From Chloroflexota bacterium (GTDB lineage: Bacteria; Chloroflexota; Anaerolineae; UBA1429), in NCBI GenBank assembly GCA_021372475.1, contig JAJFUJ010000162.1:15173-79172 (forward strand): a stretch of DNA of 64,000 nucleotides. The letters run 5' to 3'. The translations under genes and the position numbers were made by a program. Shown here in pieces: positions 56,201 to 64,000 of this stretch; the stretch's first letter is position 1, and each line of letters opens with the position of its first letter. The notes below the pieces were generated by a model that made no database searches, was not told the DNA's origin, and was given only the letters and a program-made list of their open reading frames with translations.

Positions 56201-56833
56201 GGCAGCATCGCCGTGCCGCTGGAATCCTTCCAGCGCTATTACGCTCCGAATGGGGCTGCCTGGCCGTATGAGCGCCAGGCGTTAATCAAGCTGCGGCCCC
56301 TCGCCGGCGACTCGGCATTGGGAGAGCAACTGCTCGGGTTGCGCGACCAGTTTGTCTTTCGCTCGGAATCGCTGGATATCCAGGCAATCAGGGCGATGCG
56401 CGAACGTCAGGTTCGCCAATTGGTGGCGGGGGGTACGCTTAACGTCAAGTTCAGCCCAGGCGGCACTGTCGATGCCGAATATCTTGTACAGACGCTGCAG
56501 ATTCGCTACGGCCAGCATAACCCCGAGCTGCGCCTGGCAAACACCCTCGACGCGATGGGCGCTTTACATCAGGCCGCTATTCTGACGGATGACCAATACG
56601 CGCAGCTTCAGGAGAGCTACATTTTCCTACGGCGTATGGTGGACTCGCTGCGCATGGTGCGCGGCAATACGCGCGACCTGACAGTGCCGGAGCCGGGCAG
56701 CGATGAATACGCTTACCTGGCCCGGCGTATGGGGCTTCATCGCGACATAGATAAACTGGGCGCTCATATAGCGGAAGCGATGAGCACTATCCAGCGCTTG
56801 CAGGCGCAGTTGTGGGCTGCATCTACCCTTTAG
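53273..56833 (+). CDS. glnE: Glutamine synthetase adenylyltransferase/adenylyl-removing enzyme GlnE with two inserted ACT-like domains
   Basis: Two GlnE nucleotidyltransferase cores (LGKLGGQELNYSSDIDLICL, LGKCGGRELGYASDIELLFIY). Between them, two ACT-like segments (VALTIVGYDFPGELSLICGLLFVHGFSISDG, LLHIEAADTMGFLYELTNALALMGYQISLVTVDSTGQRAHDIIYLTD). 1186 aa, versus about 950 aa for a canonical GlnE. Confidence 0.85.
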   Translation: MADWLDPRLEPVLERLLRSIPSAAIPDRWAATLVHALSTTANPERALLNLDTFSQSVGDAAAFWSELATSPRLLQILLSLFAGSQHLSQVLIRHPEYWPRLVQIPSLAHAVVLQQYLDELQVYQESADDQLLSQNLCRWQGWEMLRIGLCDLAGLMDLTAVTTQLSLLAESLVRICLQRNLKNEAAQGFVILALGKLGGQELNYSSDIDLICLSEHDTIAYVRAAEQAVHLLSQVTSEGFLYRVDMRLRPWGQSGSLVPTRAAYTRYLKQSARLWEKQALLKARPIAGDLAFGAAFLAETQPLLMSCDNEAIRSDVREMKQKIEDDLAEHGRAWGEVKLGRGSIRDVEFVTQYLQLTHCGKHPAILGGNTVNVLKQLRDEKIITSHDYRVLVEGYTFLRPLEHYLQMTDYRQVHILPQEQHELDALARRLGFRGAKAGEVLLARYHEHSEAIRAVYEQQLYGKEAAMTAQHNALEPLVRRHLERLSPFYLETFTAVEIQHHAELIERLNEHNLVEVEATVNRDSQVALTIVGYDFPGELSLICGLLFVHGFSISDGNIFTYEPAENHHEELSREEQRRKIVDVLNVTEIHPSGIADIWQRYHDDLEALLAQVEHGNSLAVQADLASRIAVALPPANEADIHLHPIEVRIDNTSSERYTLLHIEAADTMGFLYELTNALALMGYQISLVTVDSTGQRAHDIIYLTDAADRKVTSKTRKNELTTAVILIKHFTHLLPRSPNPESALLHFRELVAELMRRPDWMHELSSLESPDVLAVLTKLLGVSDFLWDDFLRLQYDSLFPLLNDINELNAVKTPPELEAELCALLDAAPDYAAKREALNRFKDREMFRIDLRHIQELVGSFAQFAHELTDLADVVIRTGIELCIERVAGQYGELRDATGNLVPWCLSALGKCGGRELGYASDIELLFIYSGIVSPNLAISANEYYNKVIVELLNLIQSKHEGIFHIDLQLRPFGSAGSIAVPLESFQRYYAPNGAAWPYERQALIKLRPLAGDSALGEQLLGLRDQFVFRSESLDIQAIRAMRERQVRQLVAGGTLNVKFSPGGTVDAEYLVQTLQIRYGQHNPELRLANTLDAMGALHQAAILTDDQYAQLQESYIFLRRMVDSLRMVRGNTRDLTVPEPGSDEYAYLARRMGLHRDIDKLGAHIAEAMSTIQRLQAQLWAASTL

Positions 56834-56838
56834 CCGTG

Positions 56839-57108
56839 CTACTTTTTCCCGGATTCCTTACGCCAGCGTTCGATATCTTCTTTAGGAGTAACTTTAGGAT
56901 GCATCGGCGCCGGCAGTTCGTCGTCCGCAGCGCTGCCGGCCGCTCCTGCGATGGCGAAGCGGGAGACGACTTTATTAGCACATCCTCCGCACTTGGGACA
57001 GACCGCCGTATCTGTCTGGGCGGAGTTGCTGCTCAGCTTTACCAGTGCATCGAAGCGAGCACTACACTGCGTACAGACATAATCATAGATAGGCACAATT
57101 CCCTCCAT
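56839..57108 (-). CDS. FmdB-family zinc-ribbon putative regulatory protein
   Basis: VPIYDYVCTQCSARFD...CPKCGG is the FmdB signature (PIYEY-C-x2-C ... C-x2-C). Confidence 0.6.
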   Translation of the reverse strand: MEGIVPIYDYVCTQCSARFDALVKLSSNSAQTDTAVCPKCGGCANKVVSRFAIAGAAGSAADDELPAPMHPKVTPKEDIERWRKESGKK

Positions 57109-57123
57109 TCCTGTGCACAAACA

Positions 57124-58461
57124 TCAATCGCGCGGCAGCCGCAAAAACGGCAGCGTCGTAACGGCTTGTAAAAGCCCGCCGATGAGTATGGCCGAGCGCA
57201 GCCCGAGCGTATCACTTAGCGCAGCGCCAATTAAGGGGCCAATAAAGACGGCCAGGTTCGCCTCAATGCTCCAGAAAGCGGCGAAAAGCGGCTGCCGTTC
57301 GGCTTGGCAAGCTCCCAGCATCAGGTCAAAGAGCCCCACATCAATCCCCGATGCAGTCATACCCCAGAGCAGCGCGACCGGTAAGATCCAGATGGCACTG
57401 GGTAGAAAGGAACTGATAATCACGTAGGCTGCCAAACCCAGCGCTGATATAAATAACACCTTGCGGTGTCCGATGCGGTTAGCAATCCGTCCCCAAAGCA
57501 TATAACCGACCACGAGAGCGCCATAGCCAACGGTGCCGCGTAATCCGATCAAGGTATCCGGAGCGCGCAGTTCATTTACCCACAGCAGCGTAAATAGAGG
57601 AACGGGCATATTAAGAGCCACCCGATAGAGAAAGGTGGCTAACAGATAAACCACGAACGGTTTGTGACTAAACACCGGTCGAAAATAGTTGCGGACACGC
57701 TCTCGCCAGGGAGCTCCGCGCTGCGGTTTGATTACCTGGATAGGCGCGATTTTTATCCGGGCAAAGAATATCGGGTCGATCACCGCTACCGCAAACGAGA
57801 TAAAGAAGACCAACTGATAGTTGAAAGGGAAAGCAACATGGTCAAGCAGCCAACCAAAAAAGGCGCTCGATACTGCCATTACCAGGCTCATCAAGGCCCA
57901 GCGAGTGCCGTTGAGCTGAGCCCGGCGCTGCGGCGATACCGCCCGTGCCATGACAGCCGTCCAGGCCGGGATAGTAACCGCTTCTGCGAGGACCTTGAAA
58001 GACCACAGGATAATCAGCACAATCGGCAGGTAGCCTACCGGGACAAAAAAGGGCGCTACGGCACAGAGCAGGTAACCGAGCAACACCAACGATATCCAAG
58101 TAACCCGCACTTTGACCTGGTTTTCCTGGCGTTCGGCGATAACCGCACCCGGAATCAGGAATATGACGGCGACCAGAGCAGGGCCTGAAGTCAGCCAGCT
58201 CACCATCGCAGAGTTCGCGCCCAGACGCGCCAAAAAGACAGGTAAAAATGCAACAATGCCGCCGGAAGCTACTCCCACCATGGCGGTATTCAGATACAAC
58301 AAGCGCATATTGCGCTCTTCCTGGTTCTGAGGGTGCAGCAGCAATATGCGGCTCAAGCCAGCTTTGAGATAATTCAAAGCGTGTGAAATCGAGAATGCCA
58401 AAGCGTTTGCTCCATACTGTGCTAGGCTGGTAAAATAATCTATACACAGCCCGGTGGTCAC
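57124..58461 (-). CDS. MFS transporter
   Basis: Twelve predicted TM segments. The true start may be the internal ATG near 58308 (MRLLYLN...). Confidence 0.7.
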   Translation of the reverse strand: MTTGLCIDYFTSLAQYGANALAFSISHALNYLKAGLSRILLLHPQNQEERNMRLLYLNTAMVGVASGGIVAFLPVFLARLGANSAMVSWLTSGPALVAVIFLIPGAVIAERQENQVKVRVTWISLVLLGYLLCAVAPFFVPVGYLPIVLIILWSFKVLAEAVTIPAWTAVMARAVSPQRRAQLNGTRWALMSLVMAVSSAFFGWLLDHVAFPFNYQLVFFISFAVAVIDPIFFARIKIAPIQVIKPQRGAPWRERVRNYFRPVFSHKPFVVYLLATFLYRVALNMPVPLFTLLWVNELRAPDTLIGLRGTVGYGALVVGYMLWGRIANRIGHRKVLFISALGLAAYVIISSFLPSAIWILPVALLWGMTASGIDVGLFDLMLGACQAERQPLFAAFWSIEANLAVFIGPLIGAALSDTLGLRSAILIGGLLQAVTTLPFLRLPRD

Positions 58462-58528
58462 TCACGAGATGCGACACACACGGCGTATCATTATACTCAC
58501 AATACTCGAAACGAGGTACTAGTTAACG

Positions 58529-59074
58529 ATGCAGGTATTTGAGACAACTTTATCTGGCGTCAAAATCATCGAGCCGAAAGTTTTCCCGGATGCGCGCGGA
58601 TTTTTCTTTGAGAGTTACAACAAACGTGACCTGGCCGCCTGCGGGATCACCACCGACTTTGTACAGGATAATCACAGCCATTCGCAGTATGGGACGCTGC
58701 GCGGCATGCATTTTCAGCTTGCGCCGGGCCAGGCCAAGTTGGTGCGCATAGTAGTGGGCGAAGTGTATGACGTAGTCGTTGACTTACGGCGCAATTCGGC
58801 CACTTTTGGGCAATGGTACGGGATCACGCTTTCAGCCGAAAACAAGCGGATGCTCTATATTCCTGTCGGCTTTGCCCACGGGTTCTGTGTGCTCAGCCAA
58901 CACGCCGAGTTCCTTTACAAGGTTTCCAGCTACTATGACCCGCAGGCCGAACGCGGGTTGGCCTGGGACGACCCGGAGGTGGGGATTACCTGGCCGATCC
59001 AACAGCCGCTGCTCTCCGCACGCGACCAGGCACACCCCGGGTTACATGGTATTCCGCTCAGCGAACTGTTTTAG
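58529..59074 (+). CDS. rfbC: dTDP-4-dehydrorhamnose 3,5-epimerase
   Basis: GVKIIEPKVFPDARGFFFESYN and RGMHFQ cupin motifs. Confidence 0.88.
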   Translation: MQVFETTLSGVKIIEPKVFPDARGFFFESYNKRDLAACGITTDFVQDNHSHSQYGTLRGMHFQLAPGQAKLVRIVVGEVYDVVVDLRRNSATFGQWYGITLSAENKRMLYIPVGFAHGFCVLSQHAEFLYKVSSYYDPQAERGLAWDDPEVGITWPIQQPLLSARDQAHPGLHGIPLSELF

Positions 59075-59088
59075 CAACTAACTATCGC

Positions 59089-60147
59089 CTATACCAGGGC
59101 ACAGGGCAGTTCGGTGGGCTTGTGCACCCCCTGCTGGGTAATGATGGCCTTGATCAGGTGCGCCGGCGTTACATCAAAGGCCGGGTTGCGCGCTTGTGCC
59201 CCTTGGTGTGACATGCGCACACGCGTCAATTCACCACGGTCATCCCGCCCGACCACATACAGCACCTCATCCTGGCTGCGTTCCTCGATGGGGATGTCAT
59301 CGCCGCTGGCGCACGCCAGATCAATCGTGCTCATCGGGGCTGCCACGTAAAACGGCACCTGGTTGGCCGCTGCGCACACGGCCTTTTCATAGGTGCCGAT
59401 TTTATTGGCAGCATCGCCGTTGCGCGCGATACGGTCGGCGCCCACAATCACCAGGTCAACCTCGCCGCGGTGCATCAGGAAGCCGGCGGCGTTATCCGCG
59501 ATTATGGTGTGCTCGATACCCTCCCCGTTCAATTCCCAGGCAGTCAGCGAAGCTCCCTGGCAGCGCGGACGGGTTTCATCCACCCAGACCGAGACGCGCT
59601 TGCCCTGGCGGGCGGCCATATAAATCGGTGCCAGCGCACTGCCCCAATCCACAAATGCCAGCCACCCGGCGTTACAGTGCGTGAGCACGCGCGCGCCGTC
59701 TGAGATTAGTTCTGCGCCGTGGCGGCCGATTGCTTCGCCAGCGGCCGCGTTCTCATCCGCCAGGGCTTCGGCAGCCTCAACGGCCAGCAAGCGCGCCTGA
59801 GCTGCCGTAGCTCCTTTTAGGGCTGCGGCATACACCCTCTCGATAGCATAGAAAAGGTCCTGCGCAGTCGGGCGGGTTCGGCGCAGCGCCTCTCTGCCGG
59901 ACTCGATATATGTCATAAAACGGTCGTCATCGGGCGCTTCGAGCACCACCTGCGCCATACCGTAACCGGCAGAGGCGCCGATGGCGCCAGCCCCGCGTAC
60001 GAGCATACTGCGGATAGCCTCCGCCGTCTGCAGATGGTTCTCCAGCGAACTAAGCTCAAAGCGGTGCGGGATAAGCTGCTGGTTGATCATCCGCACTGTG
60101 CGGCCTTCCATCCAGACCGTGCGATAAGGTACGCCGTTGACCTGCAT
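59089..60147 (-). CDS. mtnA: S-methyl-5-thioribose-1-phosphate isomerase (eIF-2B alpha/beta/delta family)
   Basis: MtnA N-terminus YRTVWMEGRTVRMINQQLIPHRFE and VIVGADRIARNGD. Confidence 0.85.
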   Translation of the reverse strand: MQVNGVPYRTVWMEGRTVRMINQQLIPHRFELSSLENHLQTAEAIRSMLVRGAGAIGASAGYGMAQVVLEAPDDDRFMTYIESGREALRRTRPTAQDLFYAIERVYAAALKGATAAQARLLAVEAAEALADENAAAGEAIGRHGAELISDGARVLTHCNAGWLAFVDWGSALAPIYMAARQGKRVSVWVDETRPRCQGASLTAWELNGEGIEHTIIADNAAGFLMHRGEVDLVIVGADRIARNGDAANKIGTYEKAVCAAANQVPFYVAAPMSTIDLACASGDDIPIEERSQDEVLYVVGRDDRGELTRVRMSHQGAQARNPAFDVTPAHLIKAIITQQGVHKPTELPCALV

Positions 60148-60179
60148 CCTGCTCCAATCTCGTATGGATTATGTAGGAA

Positions 60180-61142
60180 CTAGAAACCCCGCTGCTTGTC
60201 GATTTGGTTGAGCAGCGGGAATTCGCTGTTAATGAACCTGCGTAAGTTCGTTTGCATAACGGCATAAAGCTGCTCGAGCTCGTACTGGCTGCCGCCGGCA
60301 GTATGTGGCGTCAACTGCAGGTTGGGCAGATCCCAGAGTTCGCTTTCCGGTGGCAACGGCTCGGTCTCGAAAATATCCAGTGCTGCGCCGGCAAGCTTGC
60401 CAGTGCGCAGCGCATCCGCCAACGCTCGTTCATCGATGATGCCGCCGCGTGATACGCCAACCAGAAAGGCGCCGTCGCTCATTTGAGCGATTTCCACCGC
60501 GCCGATCATGCCGGCAGTGGCCGGAGTATAGGGCACCGTTACGACGCAGTAATCCGATTCGGCCATCAAGGCAGCCAGCCCCCCAATGCCTTCAAGGCGT
60601 TCCACATAATCCGGTTTATCGCCAGGATACAGGTCCACCGCAACGATGCGCATATCAAAGCCGGCTGCTCGTTTGGCCACCGCGCGGCCGATAACGCCAA
60701 AGCCGATGATGCCAAGAGTAGCTCCGGCTAGCACGCGCAGATTATTGCGTAGCTCAACGGACGCCCAACAGTGCTGCTGCTGCCTGCGGAATGAAGTGCC
60801 CAGGCCGCGCGAGAAAAAGAGTATCATGGCCATGGTTTGGTCCGCCAGGCTGGCGCCATGGGTGCCGCGGGCATTGGTGAGCAGCACCTCGCTGGCGACC
60901 AATTCAGGAATCTCCATAAAGCCGTTGACGCCGGTGCTGGGCGCTTGAATCCAGCGCAGCCGGCGAGCGCTAAGGAATTCGGCGCGATCGCACCATCCCC
61001 ACAGGATATCCGCATCTTCCAGCGCCTGCGCAAATGCTACTTTCTCGTAGGCTTCCTGCACCTGCAGCGCAGGGAAGGCCGCCCGCAGTTTAGGGACAAC
61101 CTTTTCCAGGCCAAGCTGGTTCGGTCCAACTACGATTTTCAT
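60180..61142 (-). CDS. D-isomer-specific 2-hydroxyacid dehydrogenase (NAD-binding)
   Basis: GIIGFGVIGRAVAKRA Rossmann motif. The catalytic His context from LQLTPHTAGGSQ. Confidence 0.78.
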   Translation of the reverse strand: MKIVVGPNQLGLEKVVPKLRAAFPALQVQEAYEKVAFAQALEDADILWGWCDRAEFLSARRLRWIQAPSTGVNGFMEIPELVASEVLLTNARGTHGASLADQTMAMILFFSRGLGTSFRRQQQHCWASVELRNNLRVLAGATLGIIGFGVIGRAVAKRAAGFDMRIVAVDLYPGDKPDYVERLEGIGGLAALMAESDYCVVTVPYTPATAGMIGAVEIAQMSDGAFLVGVSRGGIIDERALADALRTGKLAGAALDIFETEPLPPESELWDLPNLQLTPHTAGGSQYELEQLYAVMQTNLRRFINSEFPLLNQIDKQRGF

Positions 61143-61266
61143 AGTATGCTCCTCCATATTGGAGTGTGAAACATACTAGCAGTTTAGCCTGCGTGATCGA
61201 AATGGTCAATAGCTCTGCCGTTATGCTTGTGGTACAATAATGGCCGAACCTAAATTGGAGGGATAG

Positions 61267-61821
61267 ATGATAGTCGGTAAGCGCATCACGCTGCGCGCCT
61301 GGGAGAAGAGCGACCTCGAAACGTTTACGCGCTGGTTCAACGACCCGGAGGTGACTATTTATTTGGGAAACGCTTATCCCAGCCTTTCGCTAAGCGAAGA
61401 GGAGAAATACCTCGCTGAAAACATTAGCCGGCCATATACGTATGCTATTATGTTAAATGATGGCGACAGAATCATCGGCAATTGCGACCTGCATGCGATA
61501 AATATGCGCGAACGGACAGCGGAACTTGGCATCGTCATCGGTGAAAAGGAATATTGGAGCCAGGGTTACGGCCGCGAAGCCATCGGTATGTTATTGGAGA
61601 TTGGATTTGAGCATATCGGGCTCAACCGTATCGGGCTCTATTTGGTGAGCATCAACACACGCGGGTACAGGTGCTACCTGGCATCAGGTTTCAAAGAGGA
61701 AGGGCGGTTGCGGCAAAATAGTTATATCCAGGGTAGTTTTCACGACGATATCGTGATGTCGGTGCTTGCCGAGGAATACCGCGCGCGTAAAGCACAGGTT
61801 GCAGGAGCAGCCCAGGGATGA
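61267..61821 (+). CDS. GNAT-family N-acetyltransferase (RimJ/RimL-like)
   Basis: Acetyl-CoA block LNRIGLYLVSINTRGYRCYLASGF. Confidence 0.72.
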   Translation: MIVGKRITLRAWEKSDLETFTRWFNDPEVTIYLGNAYPSLSLSEEEKYLAENISRPYTYAIMLNDGDRIIGNCDLHAINMRERTAELGIVIGEKEYWSQGYGREAIGMLLEIGFEHIGLNRIGLYLVSINTRGYRCYLASGFKEEGRLRQNSYIQGSFHDDIVMSVLAEEYRARKAQVAGAAQG

Positions 61822-62837
61822 AACGGTGCGTCGCCCGGCTGATTGTGGTTTTGGCAGGCACACTGTTGCTGAGCGGCTGCTCCAGCATAGGCCCAGTCCT
61901 GGCCTGGCTTGTCCCGCCAACCGCCACCCCGACTGCCACGGCGACGCCAACCATAACACCGACGGCGACCTCAACCCCTACACCGACCAGCACGCCCACG
62001 CCGACGGCAACGCCGACGCCCACCCTGCCGCCGCTCCAAATCTACCTGCAGGTCGATCCATCCGAAGTGGCGCAGGGCAAAACGGCGCTAATCTCGGTGG
62101 TTACCAACCGACCTTGCCAGGTGACCGGCAGCGCGGGCGAACAGCAGCTTGTCTTTGTGAGTTCCGGCGCCTACAACTACAGGGCTTTCCTGGGCATCTC
62201 CCCCATAGCAGACCTGGCTTCCCTGGATATTAACGTGACCGCTCAGGCGCAGGACGGCAGTACAGCCTCGGCCGCTGCGGCTATTTCTATTATCGCCGGC
62301 GCCTTTGAGTATGAGGAAATCGACTTTACGCCCGAAGTCGGAGCTTTGCTATCACCCGATATCTCGGTGCCGGAGGCGGAGCGCCTGCAGGCGTTGTTCT
62401 CGCTCTCAACTACCAACATCCGCTGGAGCGGCGTATTTACCTGGCCGCATCAGGGACAGATTACTTCTTCCTTCGGCGAGCGCCGGCTGTATGACGGCGA
62501 GCTCTCCAGCTACCATGGCGGTCTGGACATCGCCGGAGAAGCTGGTGCACCGGTATATGCTGCTGCCAGCGGTCAGGTCATCCTGGCAGAGCCCCTGCAG
62601 GTGCGCGGGAATGCGGTAATCATCGATCATGGCGCTGGCGTCCTGAGCGCCTATTACCATCTGCAGGATATCGTAGTCAGCCCATGGCAGATGGTGAGCC
62701 AGGGCGAGTTAATCGGCCATCTCGGCACCACCGGGCTTTCCACTGGACCGCACCTACACTGGGAGATGCGTGTGGCTGGGATGCCGGTTGACCCGCTGGA
62801 GTGGACCACACGCTTGATGAGCGCGGGAGATAACTAA
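61818..62837 (+). CDS. M23-family peptidoglycan endopeptidase lipoprotein with a Thr-Pro-rich linker
   Basis: Lipobox LLSGC. TP repeat linker. M23 motifs YHGGLDIAG, IIDHGAGVLSAYYHL and GPHLHWE. Confidence 0.82.
   Translation: MKRCVARLIVVLAGTLLLSGCSSIGPVLAWLVPPTATPTATATPTITPTATSTPTPTSTPTPTATPTPTLPPLQIYLQVDPSEVAQGKTALISVVTNRPCQVTGSAGEQQLVFVSSGAYNYRAFLGISPIADLASLDINVTAQAQDGSTASAAAAISIIAGAFEYEEIDFTPEVGALLSPDISVPEAERLQALFSLSTTNIRWSGVFTWPHQGQITSSFGERRLYDGELSSYHGGLDIAGEAGAPVYAAASGQVILAEPLQVRGNAVIIDHGAGVLSAYYHLQDIVVSPWQMVSQGELIGHLGTTGLSTGPHLHWEMRVAGMPVDPLEWTTRLMSAGDN
61920..62035 (+). repeat. Thr/Pro/Ala-rich low-complexity repeat (TPTATATPTITPTATSTPTPTSTPTPTATPTPT) encoding an interdomain linker
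   Basis: ACN-CCN codon repeats seen directly in the sequence. Confidence 0.8.
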
Positions 62838-62838
62838 T

Positions 62839-63591
62839 ATGCCAATCACAAACAAGAAACCCCTTATATATGCCCATCGCGGCGCGCGCGATGTCGCGCC
62901 CGAAAACACACTGGCAGCCTTCAAGGCAGCCGTGAGTGCGCAAGCGGACGGCGTCGAGTGCGATGTCTCGCGTTGCGCGACAGGCGAAATCGTTATTCTG
63001 CACGACGATAGGCTCGACCGCACTACCAACGGCGTGGGCTTGCTCAGCCAGATCGCTTTCCAGGCACTGCGTCAACTCGACGCGGGCGCCTGGTTTGCGC
63101 CCGAGTTTACCGGCGAAAGACTGCCCACCCTCGAAGAGCTGCTGAACCTTGCAGGGAACAGCCTGCGCCTGAACATCGAGATCAAGGGGATGAGCGAGCA
63201 AGATGACGGCCTCGAGGTCGAGATTGCCGGCTTGCTGAGGCAGCACGGCCAACAAGACTCGACGATTATCTCATCCTTTAATCCGTTTGCGCTCAGGCGC
63301 ATGCACACCGCTGATCCCGAGATTGGCTGCGCCCTGCTGTACACGCAGGATTCCCCTATCTATCCGCTGCTGCCGGCTGTGATCGATAAACTGACCCTCA
63401 AAGCGCTGCATCCCGAGTTCTCGTTAGTTGATGAAGCGTATGTGACGCGCGCACACAAGCGGGGTTATCTGGTGAATGTATGGACGGTGAACGAGCAGGA
63501 TGATATGCTGAGGATGATTAACTTGGGCGTGGATGGGATTATTACCGACCATCCTGCCTTATTGCGCAAGCTGCTGGTTGCGAGGAGGTAA
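62839..63591 (+). CDS. ugpQ: Glycerophosphodiester phosphodiesterase
   Basis: GDPD motifs [25 protein letters not shown] and [13 protein letters not shown]. Confidence 0.85.
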   Translation: MPITNKKPLIYAHRGARDVAPENTLAAFKAAVSAQADGVECDVSRCATGEIVILHDDRLDRTTNGVGLLSQIAFQALRQLDAGAWFAPEFTGERLPTLEELLNLAGNSLRLNIEIKGMSEQDDGLEVEIAGLLRQHGQQDSTIISSFNPFALRRMHTADPEIGCALLYTQDSPIYPLLPAVIDKLTLKALHPEFSLVDEAYVTRAHKRGYLVNVWTVNEQDDMLRMINLGVDGIITDHPALLRKLLVARR

Positions 63592-63594
63592 ATA

Positions 63595-64000
63595 TGGCTG
63601 AGCATGCGCTGGTTCAACTGGCGCGCAAAACTATCGAGCTGTATGTGCGCGAACACAAAGTGCTGACGCCGCCGACCGAGCCGACCCCGGAGATGCGTCA
63701 ACGCGCAGGAGTGTTCGTCTCGCTGCACCGCCAAGGCGAGCTGCGCGGCTGCATCGGCACGATCGAGCCAACGCAGGCGGACGTCGCCCGCGAAGTCATC
63801 GCGAACGCCATCAGCGCCGCCACGCGCGACCCACGCTTTACGCCGATGCGCGCGAATGAACTCGCCGACCTGGATATCTCCGTCGATGTGCTGACGGCTC
63901 CAGAAGCTATTGACTCGCCCGATGAGCTGGACCCCAAGCGCTACGGCGTGATTGTAGCGTCGGGCGGCCGGCGCGGTTTGCTGCTGCCGGATTTGGAGGG
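63595..64000 (+). CDS. AMMECR1-domain protein (5' part; truncated by the window end)
   Basis: [11 protein letters not shown] is the AMMECR1 signature. The ORF runs off the window. Confidence 0.7.

Noticed and set aside
62677-63255. 192-aa ORF on the minus strand
   Set aside because: It is antisense to the glycerophosphodiester phosphodiesterase and M23 genes. No motifs were found.
1-64000. CRISPR arrays, tRNA/rRNA genes, transposases, integrases, prophage genes
   Set aside because: Intergenic regions were scanned by eye for regular direct repeats, cloverleaf-like GC-rich segments and recombinase motifs, and none were found. The only tandem repeat is the coding Thr-Pro linker.

Overview
The window is a 64-kb, GC-rich bacterial chromosomal segment with dense coding on both strands and a high load of antisense shadow ORFs. 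It encodes about 55 real genes. Gene content suggests a Chloroflexota-like or similar Gram-positive-type lineage, but this is a weak inference: an archaeal-type split glutamate synthase, a fused MFS/spermidine synthase, Thr-Pro linkers and GGAGG ribosome-binding sites. No rRNA, tRNA, CRISPR array, transposase or integrase was seen. Housekeeping genes include htrA, murA, mreB, mobA, acpP, a type-2 idi, dinB, dgt, pepP, lipB, fmt, recJ, pspA, nadE, carAB, mtnA and rfbC. Four regions stand out.

1. Sugar island, 2.2-10.7 kb. A complete mannose-family PTS (EIIA, EIIB, a fused EIIC-EIID, a fused HPr-Enzyme I) sits in one minus-strand operon with a roughly 900-aa Fkp-like GHMP-kinase/sugar-1-P nucleotidyltransferase fusion. 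An L-rhamnonate-dehydratase-like enolase is encoded divergently next to it.

2. Hydrogen/redox sensor, 15.5-18.4 kb. A HydS-type sensory [FeFe]-hydrogenase (two N-terminal 4Fe-4S motifs, an H-cluster domain with a variant L1 motif, an exact Cx2Cx4Cx16C motif, a PAS domain) is followed by a SpoIIE/PP2C phosphatase. Both lie directly downstream of idi.

3. Envelope module, 32.4-36.9 kb. pspA is followed by two paralogous membrane-anchored solute-binding-like proteins, one carrying a vWA domain, and a coiled-coil membrane protein.

4. Nitrogen-assimilation supercluster, 36.9-57.1 kb. It contains a LivJ-like binding protein, a five-gene archaeal-type GOGAT, nadE, carAB, a PucR-family regulator, a GSI-alpha, a GSI-beta that retains the adenylylation tyrosine, and a 1186-aa GlnE with two inserted ACT-like domains.

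The GlnE-ACT protein and the HydS/PP2C pair are the most novel-looking items.
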